A program made the translations under genes and the position numbers. A stretch of 64,000 nt of DNA from Perna viridis (lineage: Eukaryota). Within the stretch, counting starts at the first letter, position 1; each line of letters starts with the position of its first letter. Below the pieces are notes generated by a model, which was not told the origin of the DNA, did not search any database, and saw nothing but the letters and a program-made list of their open reading frames with translations. This document shows, one piece after another, positions 51,785 through 64,000 of this stretch. The stretch lies in NCBI GenBank assembly GCA_037379345.1, contig CM074515.1:39623743-39687742 (forward strand), given 5' to 3'.

Positions 51785-53158
51785 GTGGAATTTCCATTTG
51801 GAAGAATTTCTAGTATCTCTACAATTCCCCATTTTCTGTTAAATCCGATTCAAAAACAATTCATCGTTGTTACTCTAAAACGGATGGAACATTTAGATGA
51901 AAATACCCAGTGGCAGAGATTATACATACTTTGCATTAATTCAATGTGGATCCTAAAAAAACTCTCCTAAAAGATCTTTTGGAGACAATCAGTTCACGAC
52001 TATTATCAGAATATAATAGCATTGAAAACTATGATTTGTTAACACTGTATACTTTTATTCCCCAGACTCAGTTAAAATCCCGACTTAAAAACATCTTTGT
52101 TTTTCCAAAGAAGATGGTACACCTAGATACAAATATATAGATCTTCGTAGAGATTCCTCATATTTTGTAAGAAATAATTCCAAATCATCTTCCAAAGATG
52201 TTTACGAAATGCTGAATATATTATCGACAACATATTTGTACAATGTGGTGGACGCGTTTTTCAACAAACAGTCGGCATTCCAAATGGGAACAAATTGTGC
52301 TTCTCTATTTGCTGACCTATTCCTTCACTCTTATGAGGCTGACTTTATAGCTGATCTGATCCGAGAGAAAGAATATCGTTTAGCTAGATCATTTAATCCT
52401 TTATAGTTTCCGCTATATAGATGACGTATTATCTTTAAACAATCATAATTTATAATTTAACAAAAAAAAAAAAAAAACAAAAAAACAAAAAAAAACCTTG
52501 AGATAAAGGATATTACAAACACTGTGAAGTCAGCATCATATCTTGACCTACACTTAGAAATCGATGGTAAAGGAAAACTAATGACCTAACTTTACGACAA
52601 ACGTGATGACTTTTCATTCAGAATTGTCAACTTTCCTTTCATCTGTGGCAACATCCCTTCAGCACCTGCGCATGGAGTGTTTACATCACAGCTTATACGT
52701 TATGCCAGAGCTTGCCGAAACTACGCAGACTTTTTGTATCTCGCTAGAATTCTAACATATAGGCTTCTGGAACAGGGTTATGTTGCTACAAGATTGAAGT
52801 CATCACTACAGAAGTTTTATGGTCGTGATCATGAACTCGTGGATCGTTACGGTGTACCCATCTGCACCATGAAAACTGATTTGTTCAACGTGTCATAGTA
52901 TTCCTTTCCTCTTTAATCGACCCCGGACTTGACTTTTTATGAACAATTTGGGGGGGGGGGTGTTTCTAGAAAAGCAGAGGACGCTTACCCTACCAGCGCA
53001 CCTGGTCCATGCTCCATGCTTGCTTTTGTTACTTTGTATGTATGATTTTAGTTACTTTGTGTTCTTTGTTGTGTATGTCTGTTTTTCATGTCTGGTCTTT
53101 GTCCCTGGTTTACATTCTTTTGATTACCGTGATAACCCAGGTTCCCTTGATTACTCTT
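51785..53158 (+). mobile_element. Penelope-like retroelement, 5'-truncated (RT and 3' UTR, no C-terminal endonuclease)
   Basis: INSMWILK, YDLLTLYTFIP, QMGTNCASLFADLFLHSYE, FRYIDDVLSLN (~52407-52440), SASYLDLHLEID, SQLIRYARAC...KTDLFNVS* followed directly by a ~260-nt UTR. Internal A-rich tract at ~52455-52496. Confidence 0.9.
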
Positions 53159-53159
53159 T

Positions 53160-53830
53160 TGTAAAACACGATTCCAAAATATTGTCTTCATATAACGAAG
53201 AGGATGTTGTCAACGTGCAGCAACATATTTGTCAAATGAGGTGGACATGCTTTCCTCATACTTTGTAAAAAAACTTATTCCAACTTTATAGTTGATCTGA
53301 TCCAAAAGAAGGAACATCGTTTAGCTAGATCCTTTAATCTCAGTTTCCGCTATATAGATGACGTATTATCGTTAAACAATCCTAGTTTCGGGGATTTTAT
53401 ACATCGCATTTTCTCCAAAGAACTTGAGATAAAGGATACTTCAGACAATGTGAAGTCAGCTTCATATCTAGAGATCGATTGTAAAGAAAAACTATTAACT
53501 GAACTATAAGACAAACACGATGATTTTTAATTCCGTATCGTCCACTTTCCTTTCATCTGTTGCAACATCCCTTCAGCAGCTGCGTATGGAGGTTTCATAT
53601 CACAACTCACATGTTATGCCAGAGCTTGTGGTAACTGCGCAGACGTTTTTTTTTTACAGCGTTAGACCTTTTACAATTAGTCCTCTGGAACAGGGTTATG
53701 TTGCTACAAAATTGAAATCATCACTATAGAAGTATTACGGTCGTCATCATGAACGCTTGGATTGCTACGTTGTATTCATCCCGAAAACTGATCTTGTTAT
53801 GTGTCATGGTTTTCCTTTCCTCCTTTGTCT
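53160..53830 (+). mobile_element. Second, tandem Penelope-like RT fragment
   Basis: FRYIDDVLSLNNPSFGD (~53344) and LEQGYVATKLKSSL. Abuts the 3' end of the previous copy. Confidence 0.85.
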
Positions 53831-54037
53831 ACCCTGGGTTTGACTTTTTATGAGTATTTTTATGCAGACATCTATTCTTACGATGTTTAGGCAGATTGTA
53901 AGAGATATGAAATATGAGCAATGTGAAGTTGGTTCGTTTGACATGCATTTGATATTTATTTTACTTTCAATTGACATTAAGTTCAATTTAATTAACGTTC
54001 AATTTCGATGTAAAAAAGTAATTTCATAGTTAAAAGA

Positions 54038-54392
54038 CTTGGCGGGGCGATTTTGACACAAAACTTGCATATTTATATTTGAAACGACTTCACCCCTTCC
54101 GCCCTTTTACCCGAAATGATCAAACAGCCACTGTATAGGAGTTATAGTACTGGAATAGGGCAACAATCGACAGTCAATCGATACTCGATGCCTTGAGATT
54201 GAAGTCGCTCACCGGGGTTCAAAATTTGGCGGTCGGGGCGATTTTGACACAAAACATGCATATGTATATTTGAAACGACTTTTACCCCCTTAACCCGAAG
54301 TGTATCAAACAGCCACTGTATAGGGATTGTAGTACTGGAATAGGGCAACTATCGACAGCGAATCGATACTTGATTCCTAGAGATTGAAGTAG
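54038..54392. repeat. ~188-bp tandem duplication
   Basis: ggcggggcgattttgacacaaaac...tagtactggaatagggcaac...gagattgaagt occurs twice. Confidence 0.85.
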
Positions 54393-57317
54393 TGTTCACT
54401 AAATGTATAAAAAAGTAGCGCCATTGTGCATTGCAATGAAATAAAAAGTCCGCAAAGTATTGAGTGATTTACATTGTAAACCTTAGTAGAATTATAACAT
54501 TTTTTTTTCAAAGTAATATTTACTAATTTTATCGAAGTTGTTTCAGGGCCATGACTCACGTGTTCTATTGAATATTTTTTGTTCACGTAATAAATATTGA
54601 GAAATACTTTTCGTGATTAAAAGTTTGGATAATAAAAACGCTTCTACTTCCATTTTACGACCAATTTGCTTTTTTATAACCGACGTAAAATATTATTGTT
54701 GTTTTGCGTCATTTTCTACATTATCTAATTAGTTATTAACTTATTTGTTATTCAGTGTGATTGGTTATAAACACATCCTATTCTATCTCCTGTTGTAATG
54801 TAATTGTCGCTAGATTTCGTTCGCTTCGGTTTCCATTAGTTCAAACTCACAAACAAAAACATAAGAAACTCATTCTATTTATTTGTTTATTGTTAATGAC
54901 ATTGCGCAAAATGATAATTTAAATTTAATGACTTTGATCTGTAAAATCTCAAATACGTTTATTTATCCGCACAAGGTTTATATACTAACACCTAACACAG
55001 TAGTTTGTTGATGGACAGCCATGGCAATCAAGTGAAAAAGTACAAATCTCTGCAACAGACATTCAGTTGACTAAGTAATTCTCGAAAGAAAAATGGATTT
55101 AAATGACATGTTTTGGTAAGACTAATGAAAGAAAAACAAAAGAATTTTCCACTTCATTGGGGAACATATTGAATATAGCGAGATCCTTTACAGGTAATTT
55201 GAACGTCGAATAAGCAATATTAAGTAGAGACAACTAATTATTTACTTTACGTATGAACATCATACAAGAATTTGCAATATTCATATGATTGGATTATTCA
55301 TATGATATGATTAGAGAGTCTATTTGTTCTATTTGAACTTTCAAGCACAAAAAAATCGGCATAATTGAAAGTAAGTATAATTTACTTAACCTTGCACTCA
55401 CTTATTTCAAATTTTCGTATTCAAAATACTTCTCATACTGAGAGAAAATACAAAGTTTTTTACAATTAAACAATGAAAGTTCTTTACAAGTGTGTTAATA
55501 AATATTTGTATAATTCAACAATGTAAAGGGAAACATTCCATATTTTGAGTGTTGAGTAATTCTGTACTTTTATTGATATAGTGAAAAACGCCGTTGACAT
55601 GTTTGAGAGAAACACGCATTTTAAGTCTGAATCCATATAAAATTCAGAATCTGCAAATACAGAAGGTATTCATGGTAGAAAAACCCACCAAACAAATGCT
55701 TTTTTGTCTTCAAACGAGATAAGTATAGTCAACTATAGTCCGTTCTGATTACAGATTTAATTGCCAAATAAATTAACCAAATCAAGCACGATTACTCATG
55801 CAAAGTACCCATTTCATGTACAATCCATTGAATTTTTTTATCTTTAAAGGGCAACAAATGAAGGACAAGCTTGGTTATATGGACTTAAACTCTTTCTTAA
55901 AATTAGATTTGGTAGTTTTTTCACAAGCATTATTCGTCTCCCTTCTGATTTTTAAAAAGACTGCTTCTTAACATGTTTCTACATACATCGTGTATCCTTT
56001 TTATGTCAGTGCCTAGGATTCTCTTAAAATATATAGGTATAAATATAGAAAATATTCATGACGTCACAATAACTGACCCTTTTGGGGAGAACAATCTCTC
56101 ATGAAGGCTAGTGGTCATGAGATTGAATACTATTTCTTCTTCAATTTAATATAATATGAAAGACATTTCATTTTTGCACTTCAGAATATGCCAGTTCTTT
56201 ATTTTGTTGTTAAGAATTTTTCCCAGGTTTGTAAACAGTGGTGGGGGCTAGGGTAAAAAAATTTCAGCATATTTTCACATTGCGTGTAAAGAGGCCATGG
56301 AAATGGCAAAAAAAAAAAATGCGATTTGTCGCGTGGAGAATGTAAAATGAAAAGGTGTCCCCAATAATAATTATAAAAACTAAAACGATTATTGCAACCT
56401 TGTAAAAAGATAACTTAAAGAACAAAATTGAGGATTGAAAGTACATACAATGTTTACTTTATGAGAACGTCTCAATCAATGTCGTTCCTTTAACTTCCGT
56501 CCAAAACTCAATTCTGAAGACAAAAAATATTAAAATGACAGAATTTTTAGGTAAATTAACAAATACATTTAAGGTTAAAAAGAACATATCAAATATTTTA
56601 ACATTCATACATTTTACTTTATTTTTAGTTTTACGTGTACTTCTATTTGATTTCATGTGTTATTTTCGCTTCGTTTATGATCATCAGATTGTGTGCATTG
56701 AATGCCACTCTCAACTTGATTATCCTTGATTCTAATATATTTAAATCATTATTTTATTCGTACATTCGTACTCTGTACGTGTTTTCACTTATCCGACAAC
56801 TAGGCACTTTAACATCTTGTCAGCCCTCACAGTCTCATACAAGTTTTAATAAAGCTGTTAATATTAACAGCAGAGGTACCTTGTAACAGTTTATTAAACT
56901 ATTGACCAATAATTCTGAAGAAAATCTACTGTAAAACATATAATTAAAACTGGCATTTAAAATGCTAATGGAAACAAAGAAAAAAGGTGAAGCATAACAA
57001 ACTGTTAAAACTTCAATAGTTCTTAACCGTAAAAATTAATACGAGCTATAATACAAAAAAGTGACATTTCAATAAGTGACAAATATGATAATTGTCAAAT
57101 CAAAAAGTGTATGAAGTAGTATTGAAAAGCAACATTGATTGGCTTTTGCCATAGATATGAAAAACAAACAACATTCAAATAGTAAGAAGCACAAAATACG
57201 TTTTTATCAGACATATCTACAAACTATATAAAACTAACACAAACAGTGGGAATGGTAGTCTGCATCGCATTATTTTACCACAAATGAAAAAAATACATTC
57301 AATGGGAGAGACACAAA

Positions 57318-57452
57318 CCAAGAACAATATATTTGTATCTAGGTGTACCATCTTTTTTGGGAAAGCAACGATGTATAATGTTTTTAAGTCGGGATTTTAA
57401 CTGAGTATGGAGAGTAGAAGTATACAGTATTGAAAAATCAGAGGTTTTAAGG
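57318..57452 (-). mobile_element. Isolated internal Penelope-like RT fragment
   Basis: Matches 59963-60095. Confidence 0.8.
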
Positions 57453-59361
57453 TTTTAAAAGTATGAAAAGGTCCTACATTGGGCAGTATTGTTAATCCGT
57501 ACTATAGTTCACATTATTTCAAAACAAGTTCTACTGTATTAAATAAATGTTACTTTATTGATTCAATATCAAAAGGCTCTTCGGTTGAGCCATTTTGTAA
57601 GTCATAAACACGGGTACAAATGTCTCTCTAAACAGGAACTATAATTTACGGAGTTGATAACGAATTATATCTGCATATTTCAGAAATAAAACATAGTCGT
57701 CAAATCAGGGGGAGAATTTTCCTTTCTTTGATTTGTCTTTGAAATTGCCCATATGACATTTTATCTCATATAATGACTACATCATTATTGGGTCAGCAAA
57801 AGGTTTTATAAATTATATTTCAACCCACATATTTTCAAGTTGTCTTGAGTTCTAATTGTTTTGAACTAACACAATGGTTCTCCCTGAAACCCACATAAAT
57901 TTATTTAGAAAGATGCAATATCCCTAAATGTGTGGAGGTGAGGTATGTTATGATTGATGTCAGAGAAATTTAATGTTAAGGTATTTAGATAAAAGCAAAA
58001 TCACAAGTTCAGGAGAAAAAGAAGGATGATGAATATAATTATGTCATTCAAATCATTTTCTAGGATTTTGATTGGTAAAAAGGAAGTTTTTAACATGAAC
58101 ATGAATGAACAGCGAAATATACCACCGTATTCAAAATGGTAAATTAAAAAGAGACTATTCGTATAACCCGTTATTTTCAGTTCCTATATGTTCTCTCAGA
58201 GGAAGATCCCTACACTTAAATAAAAACCATTCGATGTTCTCAAATTCGTGACAATATATAAATGATGCGGAAAAAACCTTACTTTTACGTCACTTTATTT
58301 TGGACCTTTGATTGTAAAATTGATATTATTGGACTATTATCGGCGATTGATTCGTTAAATATATCCATAACCATAGCTATGAATATTTTTACATCCTCCT
58401 ATTCTGTACACTCTTAGGACGTATTTTGTAACTTCAGGTGTAAAAAAAAGAACACATCTGTGGATATGAACGTAAATAAGTTATAATTGATTTTTTATTA
58501 AAAAAAAGAATTAAATTTATTAATTTACCAATATCTTCGCTCAATACACACATAATCTTGAAAGTAGCCTCATAAATGAAATATAGTTTAACAATAGGAA
58601 GTTGTAAGGCAGTTAAATTTAAAACAAAAGGAACGCCTAATTTAATAGAAAACAATATGTGAAGAGTAAGCTATCGATCAAGAACGAGTAGTGTCGTATC
58701 ATACCAGATTCTAGAAACTTCAGGTGTGGAAGTAGGTTGATTTTATGCATCAAAATCAGACGCGATTATACTCCCAAGAAAATACATTCACCACAGAAGG
58801 CATGTAACACAATGAAAGTGTATTTTCTCGTATTTATCAAATACATTTCAATTAAAAGGAACATAATTTATTTTTCATAAATAAGTGCATTACTTTCTGA
58901 TTTGTATGTTAAAGATCATATCTGTCCTTATTTTCATTCTCAATATCAAGTCAATATAGGACCCCCCCCCCCCACATGACAACAAAAAACGTTTTGGCAC
59001 ATTCCACATGCAAACAAATGTCATTAACATTCTTAACCAAAGTTATGGAAAATGAACCCGCAATATTTAAAATACACCAAACTGTCCCTTTGTCTCCTAC
59101 ATTTACAACAACACTATTGCGCTTAAAAATTTGAATTATAAATGTGCATTGCATGACCTTAGTTTAGAAGAGTACATCTAGAACGCCTTGACTTGTTTTT
59201 TTTTACAATTCCTCAGAAGTAGACTCACTATTAGATTGAGAAAAAGTGTTACGTATTTGATACAATGTTGCCTTTGCAACCTCAACCACTGGATGAATGA
59301 TCGACCTTAATCAATATTCAAAGATGTAAAAGATGCAAAGTTTTTCCCTTCTCTTCATGAC

Positions 59362-60890
59362 AGAGTAATCAAGGGAACCAAGGCCATAGTGGCAAACAAA
59401 AGAATGTAATCTAGGGACAAAGACCAGACATGGAAAACAGACATACACAGCAAAGAGCATAAAGTAACCAAAATCATACATACAAAGTAACAAAAGCAAA
59501 TGGGCAACTCGGACTCCACTAAAAACTGGGAGCATGGACCAGGTGCACCAGTACGGAAAGCGTCCTCTGCTTTTCTAGAAACACCCGCCGAGTTGCTCAT
59601 AAAAAGTCAAGTCCGGGGAAGACAAACGAGGAAAGGAAAACCATGACCCGTTGAATAAATCAGTTTTCATGGTGCAGACGGATACACCATAATAATCCAC
59701 GAGTTCATGATGACGACCATAAAACTTCTGTAGTGATGACTTCAATCTTGTAGCAACATAACCCTGTTCCAGAAGTCTATTTGTTAGAGTTCTAGCGCGA
59801 TACAATTCGCCATTTGAATGCCGACCGTTTGTTGAAAAACACGTCCACCACACTGGACAAATATGTTGTCGATTAAAAATTCCAGCATTTTGTAAGCATC
59901 TTCCTCTGTATATTTGGAAGATGATTTGGAATTATTTCTTACAAAGTATCATGAATCTCTACCAAGAACTATATATTTGTATCTAGGTGTACCATCTTTT
60001 TTTTGAAAAACAATGATGTATAATGTTTTTATGTCGGGCTTTTAACTGAGTATGGGGAATAGAAGTATACAGTGTTGAAAAATCATAGGTTTTAATGCTA
60101 TTATATTCAGATAATAGTCTTGAACTGCTTGTCTCCAAAAGATCATTGGAATTGTTCAGGATCTACATTGAATTAATACCACTACGGGAGTAACAAGTGT
60201 TTTGGTAGGACTGCAGCCCCTCTTTGACAGTTGTGAGGATAGAAGTTAAAAGTGTTGAAAGAGGTTTGGTGGTACATTTTGCAGATCCAGCTTTGAAACG
60301 TTGTTTGTATGGATTTTTCTGGAGTTTAGGAATCCAGTATATAGACGGTAAATCACAATCATTGTCCTTGGTAGAGAGACCAAAAGAGGATAGCACAGAT
60401 TTATGGTTTTCCACGATCTCTTCTTTGGAGAGTGTGGTAGCAGTATAGGTCTTATTACTGCTATTATTTTCTACGACTATCTCTGATAGTAACCATTGGA
60501 TGTAAAACGTTTTACAGACAAAAACAATGTTGTTTTGGGCTTTGTCTGCTGGTACGACAACATATTTTTCATGTATAGTAGACAATCGTTTTGCTACATC
60601 GGGGTCTTTGAAAACTGATGAAGGCTTGGCACTCATTGATCTACTTAAAACTTTCATTCGTTTCAAAATTAAAGACCTCACGGCCTTTAACCACTCTGGC
60701 AGAGAATCAATGTCTTCTTGTTCTCGTTTTATCCATTTTCTTGCATAGTCCTCGACGGCATCCATAAGAACTTTAAAGTTATAATTCCTATTTATGGAGC
60801 GTGATTCATGGTACTTGGGACCTTAAGAAAGGATATTACGCAGAGATTCGTTTTCGATGATGGTTAAATCTCCCGTAACGACGTGGCCAG
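59362..60890 (-). mobile_element. Penelope-like retroelement copy with an internal deletion of the RT catalytic region
   Basis: 200-aa ORF 60163-60765 (VVVPADKAQNNIVFVCK, LPSIYWIPKLQKNPYKQRF.AGS.KC.TKPLS). Continues YDFSTLYT.IPH, then jumps at ~59802 to YRARTL..RLLEQGY. Full 3' UTR to ...GATTACTCT. Confidence 0.9.
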
Positions 60891-61830
60891 AAAAATGAGA
60901 AAAATGATGTTGTCTTTGTAGACAAAGAATCTAAAATTCTTATAAAAAGAGCTAGGAATAAAATATAATTCGGATAATCCTACATACAAACGTAGTACGT
61001 TCAACAAAGATAATATCCCAGCTAACCACAGGTCCTTTATGGCCTTGTTGAATATACATTCAATGAAAATATGAGGATTTACCTTATTTGTATTGGATTC
61101 CAAAACCAGAAAAAAATCTCAACAAACAAAGGTACATTGCATGATCATCTAGTTGTTCATTTAAAGAGCTGTTTGTAAGGCTCACGAAGATTTTGTCCGC
61201 TGTGACCAGAAAAAAAAATGCCGTGAAAGCCTTTACTCGCGTAGTAGTATAAAACATACGTGGATTAACCTAGAGCTGAAGTTAACTCCATATTTTTGGG
61301 TTTTTTTTATTTTTGCAACAATATATATTACCTTAATCCACGACAAATTGATACTCCGTCTAAAAGAAACCACTATCAAGGATCTGACTGCAAGAATGGA
61401 TATTTTTACTAATTTTCTGTTTTATGCCGCGATTCTACATATTTATTTACCACTACAGAACGGAAAGACAAAAGTTACTACACCGAGCGACAGAGGGTCA
61501 GTTTGTTTGAGTTTCCCCCTGACAACATATATTTGTCGCTTTGGGAAAAACACTCCTTCAACAAAATATGGGCATTCCAATATAAGCGTTAATTATGCTC
61601 CCTCCTATCTGATCTGCTTCGTTATTTATATGAATATGAGTTCCTTAAATATCTTGTGAAAGAAAAAAGGATATACAAGCTGAATCCTTTTATTTCACTT
61701 ATCGATATATTGAAGATGTTTTTTTCATTGAACACTAAAGCACTAAATATGAACTATCGGATAAACATGTCATGCGATTATTTATCGACCACAGTTTATA
61801 ACCATAGAGATAACTGACAACGCTTCGTTA
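60890..61830 (+). mobile_element. Older, highly decayed Penelope-like RT copy, head-to-head with the previous element
   Basis: Remnants NDVVFV, YWIPK...KQRYIA, GIPI..NYAP, YRYIEDV. Confidence 0.7.
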
Positions 61831-62589
61831 TTGACTGAGAGACATGCATTTAGACCAATATTATAAGAATAAACGTCTCTTATTGAGTAATAGTTTTCTG
61901 TAGTTTTTACTTGCATATTATTAATTTCATGTTAAATTTGAAACATCTTCCCCTCAAAACTCAAGACTTATTTCGAAGATCGTGTCTTGGATATATTTAA
62001 CTTAAATGAAACTATAAAACCTGGTTTAAACCATAGTTCCTATCTGAAACGCCTGTGCCGAGTCAGAGCCATTGCGATGGTTCCAAACAAGATATTGGCA
62101 TTTGTTTACGGACTTTCCTTTTGACATTTCCAATTGACTAGATTTTATCGGTTGGATAATTTGGTTATTACACTTTCTTGAGTATACAAGTTGCTTTACA
62201 GGCATACGTCAACGTATTTTAAGAAAGACAGAACAGGTAAAACAGAAAGAAATTCAATACAAGTGTGAAAATAGCAGGATTTTACCTAGGATTTTGAGAG
62301 CTTTAGTCACTTTTGCGAAAAGCATAAACGACATATTATGGGAACAGAATTTTGTAAATAGTCAATAGTACCATAAACTAAAGACATAAACACGCTTAAT
62401 ATATTTATTTTAAGTTTACAGATACAGACATAAAATAATAATAAATATAATAAATGATACAACAAAATAACTGTTAGAAACCATTTGTATTACATAATAC
62501 AATAAAATAGTTACTATTAGAAAAATAGATTTTTTACATCATGACAAGGCTTTGATGCAGTCAGTCTAAAAATAGTTACTATTTGACAA

Positions 62590-62900
62590 AAGCTACTATT
62601 ATGGTATCAGAAAATCCTTCTGTCCTTTGCAGAACACCGCACCTCAAAAGCGCTCTTCTACCTAAAACTCCTAAAATCAGAAGGATGGAGATAGATCTTT
62701 AGAAGAGAATAGACTGATGAAACCTTGAGTCTTTTCCTAAGATACATGTAGGTCTTGATCAGATTGTATACCTACTAAATCCCCTCTCACAGTCACCAGA
62801 TGATAAAGCAGAAACTAGAGATAGATAGGAGTTTGGCCACATTGGCACAGTCAAATGTAGAATTTTGATCTCTGTAAGTTGTTGCTCCTTGATGTCTTAC
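62590..62900 (-). pseudogene. hAT transposase C-terminal (dimerisation domain) remnant
   Basis: ANVAKLLSISLVSALSSGDCERGFSR.NLIKT..LRKRLKVSSVYSLLKI matches the hAT S..CERxFS..NLIK...R.RL motif. Frameshifted. Confidence 0.7.
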
Positions 62901-64000
62901 TGCTGGGTGGTAACTTGTTTAGTTACCTTTGACCCCGGATCATGAGTCGAATTGAAGAAGTTCGTAATATTTGTGATTTCATTTCAAGAAGAAAAGAGAA
63001 TTGTATTTAAATAGTTAACTACTACATACAGGTTCCTGTTAAAGTTTTTTTTCATTAAATTTATTTATTTATATTTTTTGGTTATCTGAAAAATCCCTTA
63101 AACTACTATTTTTTTTCTAGATGCATCAAAATAAATAAAATTAGTCACCAATAATCTTAGACTGGTTTATTTTTTATCGTTATTTTAACCAAACCTAACT
63201 AAATTTACACATCACAAATTGATAAAAAGTTGGTCTTGTTATTAGACAAATCAGCATCCAACTCTAAATATACCATTGGAAAAAACAAAGAGAGCTAATA
63301 GCTCTATGTTTATGACGGTTATTTTAAGATAAATGCATATATCACAGTATTTTATACGTGAATGAAAACAATGCATCAACATGATTTCGAAATAACAAAA
63401 TATCTATTTACAAAAATTTTGCAGGTCATTTATTGCTTTTTTGACAATTGCAAACAGGTACTTACCTGTAAGTATCTTACAATTATGCACAACTTTATAT
63501 AATTTATAAAAATTGTAACATGGAACAAAAAATCAAAGGCAATTCTTCACATGAGGAGATAATTATAAACACGAATTTGCAGTTTATATCAAGGGCATGA
63601 CCTATCTTTGAATTAAAAACTATTAGAAATAATTATAACTTGTACTATAACCTGTTTATAATTGCAACTGAGACTGTCTTGACAAGCTAATAATAATAGT
63701 ATAAAAATATTATCACAAGTTTTAATAAAACAATTATGAAATTGCATTTGTAGCCTGTGCAAAACAGAATTTCCCCATCTTTTACCCCTCAATACATTTA
63801 ATAAAACAAACAAGGAAGTCTAGTTTAGTTACCAGTAAAAATATCGCTTACTTTTCCGCAATGTCAACTGGAAGTCTCAGATTGGACGCTTTGCATGTAA
63901 TAAACTCTGTGGCCAGGACAAAATAGAGATAAAATAGTAACCAAGGAAACCGAGATTCAGACAATCATAAAAAGATATTGCAAAGATAAAAAGAAGACAA

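Noticed and set aside
59945-59955. In-frame TGA as selenocysteine in the Penelope-like RT
   Set aside because: Paralogous copies have TCA (~52158) or CCA (~39933) at this codon, so it is a copy-specific nonsense change.

Overview
AT-rich eukaryotic (animal) genomic DNA with spliceosomal introns. The repeat content suggests a bivalve mollusc (inference). The main gene is a complete, intact TRIP13/PCH2 (AAA+ ATPase) on the minus strand: 11 coding exons from 26456 to 8295, 1293 nt, 430 aa, all introns GT-AG and phase-consistent. Just upstream on the same strand is a 4-exon orphan gene (30894->27871, about 201 aa, ending in CCSA*). Divergent from it is an exon encoding an STMND1/CCDC198-like N-terminal region (35873-36142, +). 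The rest is mostly mobile DNA: a 3.35-kb CACTA/EnSpm-type element with TA TSD, an IS3EU-type MITE with 6-bp TSD, two copies of a TTAA-ended MITE (one with a nested insertion), I-group LINE remnants with RNase H, many Penelope-like RT copies and 3'-end fragments, a GIY-YIG Penelope fragment with a hammerhead-like core, a hAT transposase remnant and several minisatellites. The most unusual signal is a ~410-bp tRNA-headed repeat unit. It occurs as circularly permuted, inverted, microsatellite-anchored copies and is joined to Penelope-like sequences by microhomology. It is a candidate Pol III-driven, retrozyme-like non-autonomous partner of Penelope-like elements. All family assignments come from recognised motifs; no searches were run.
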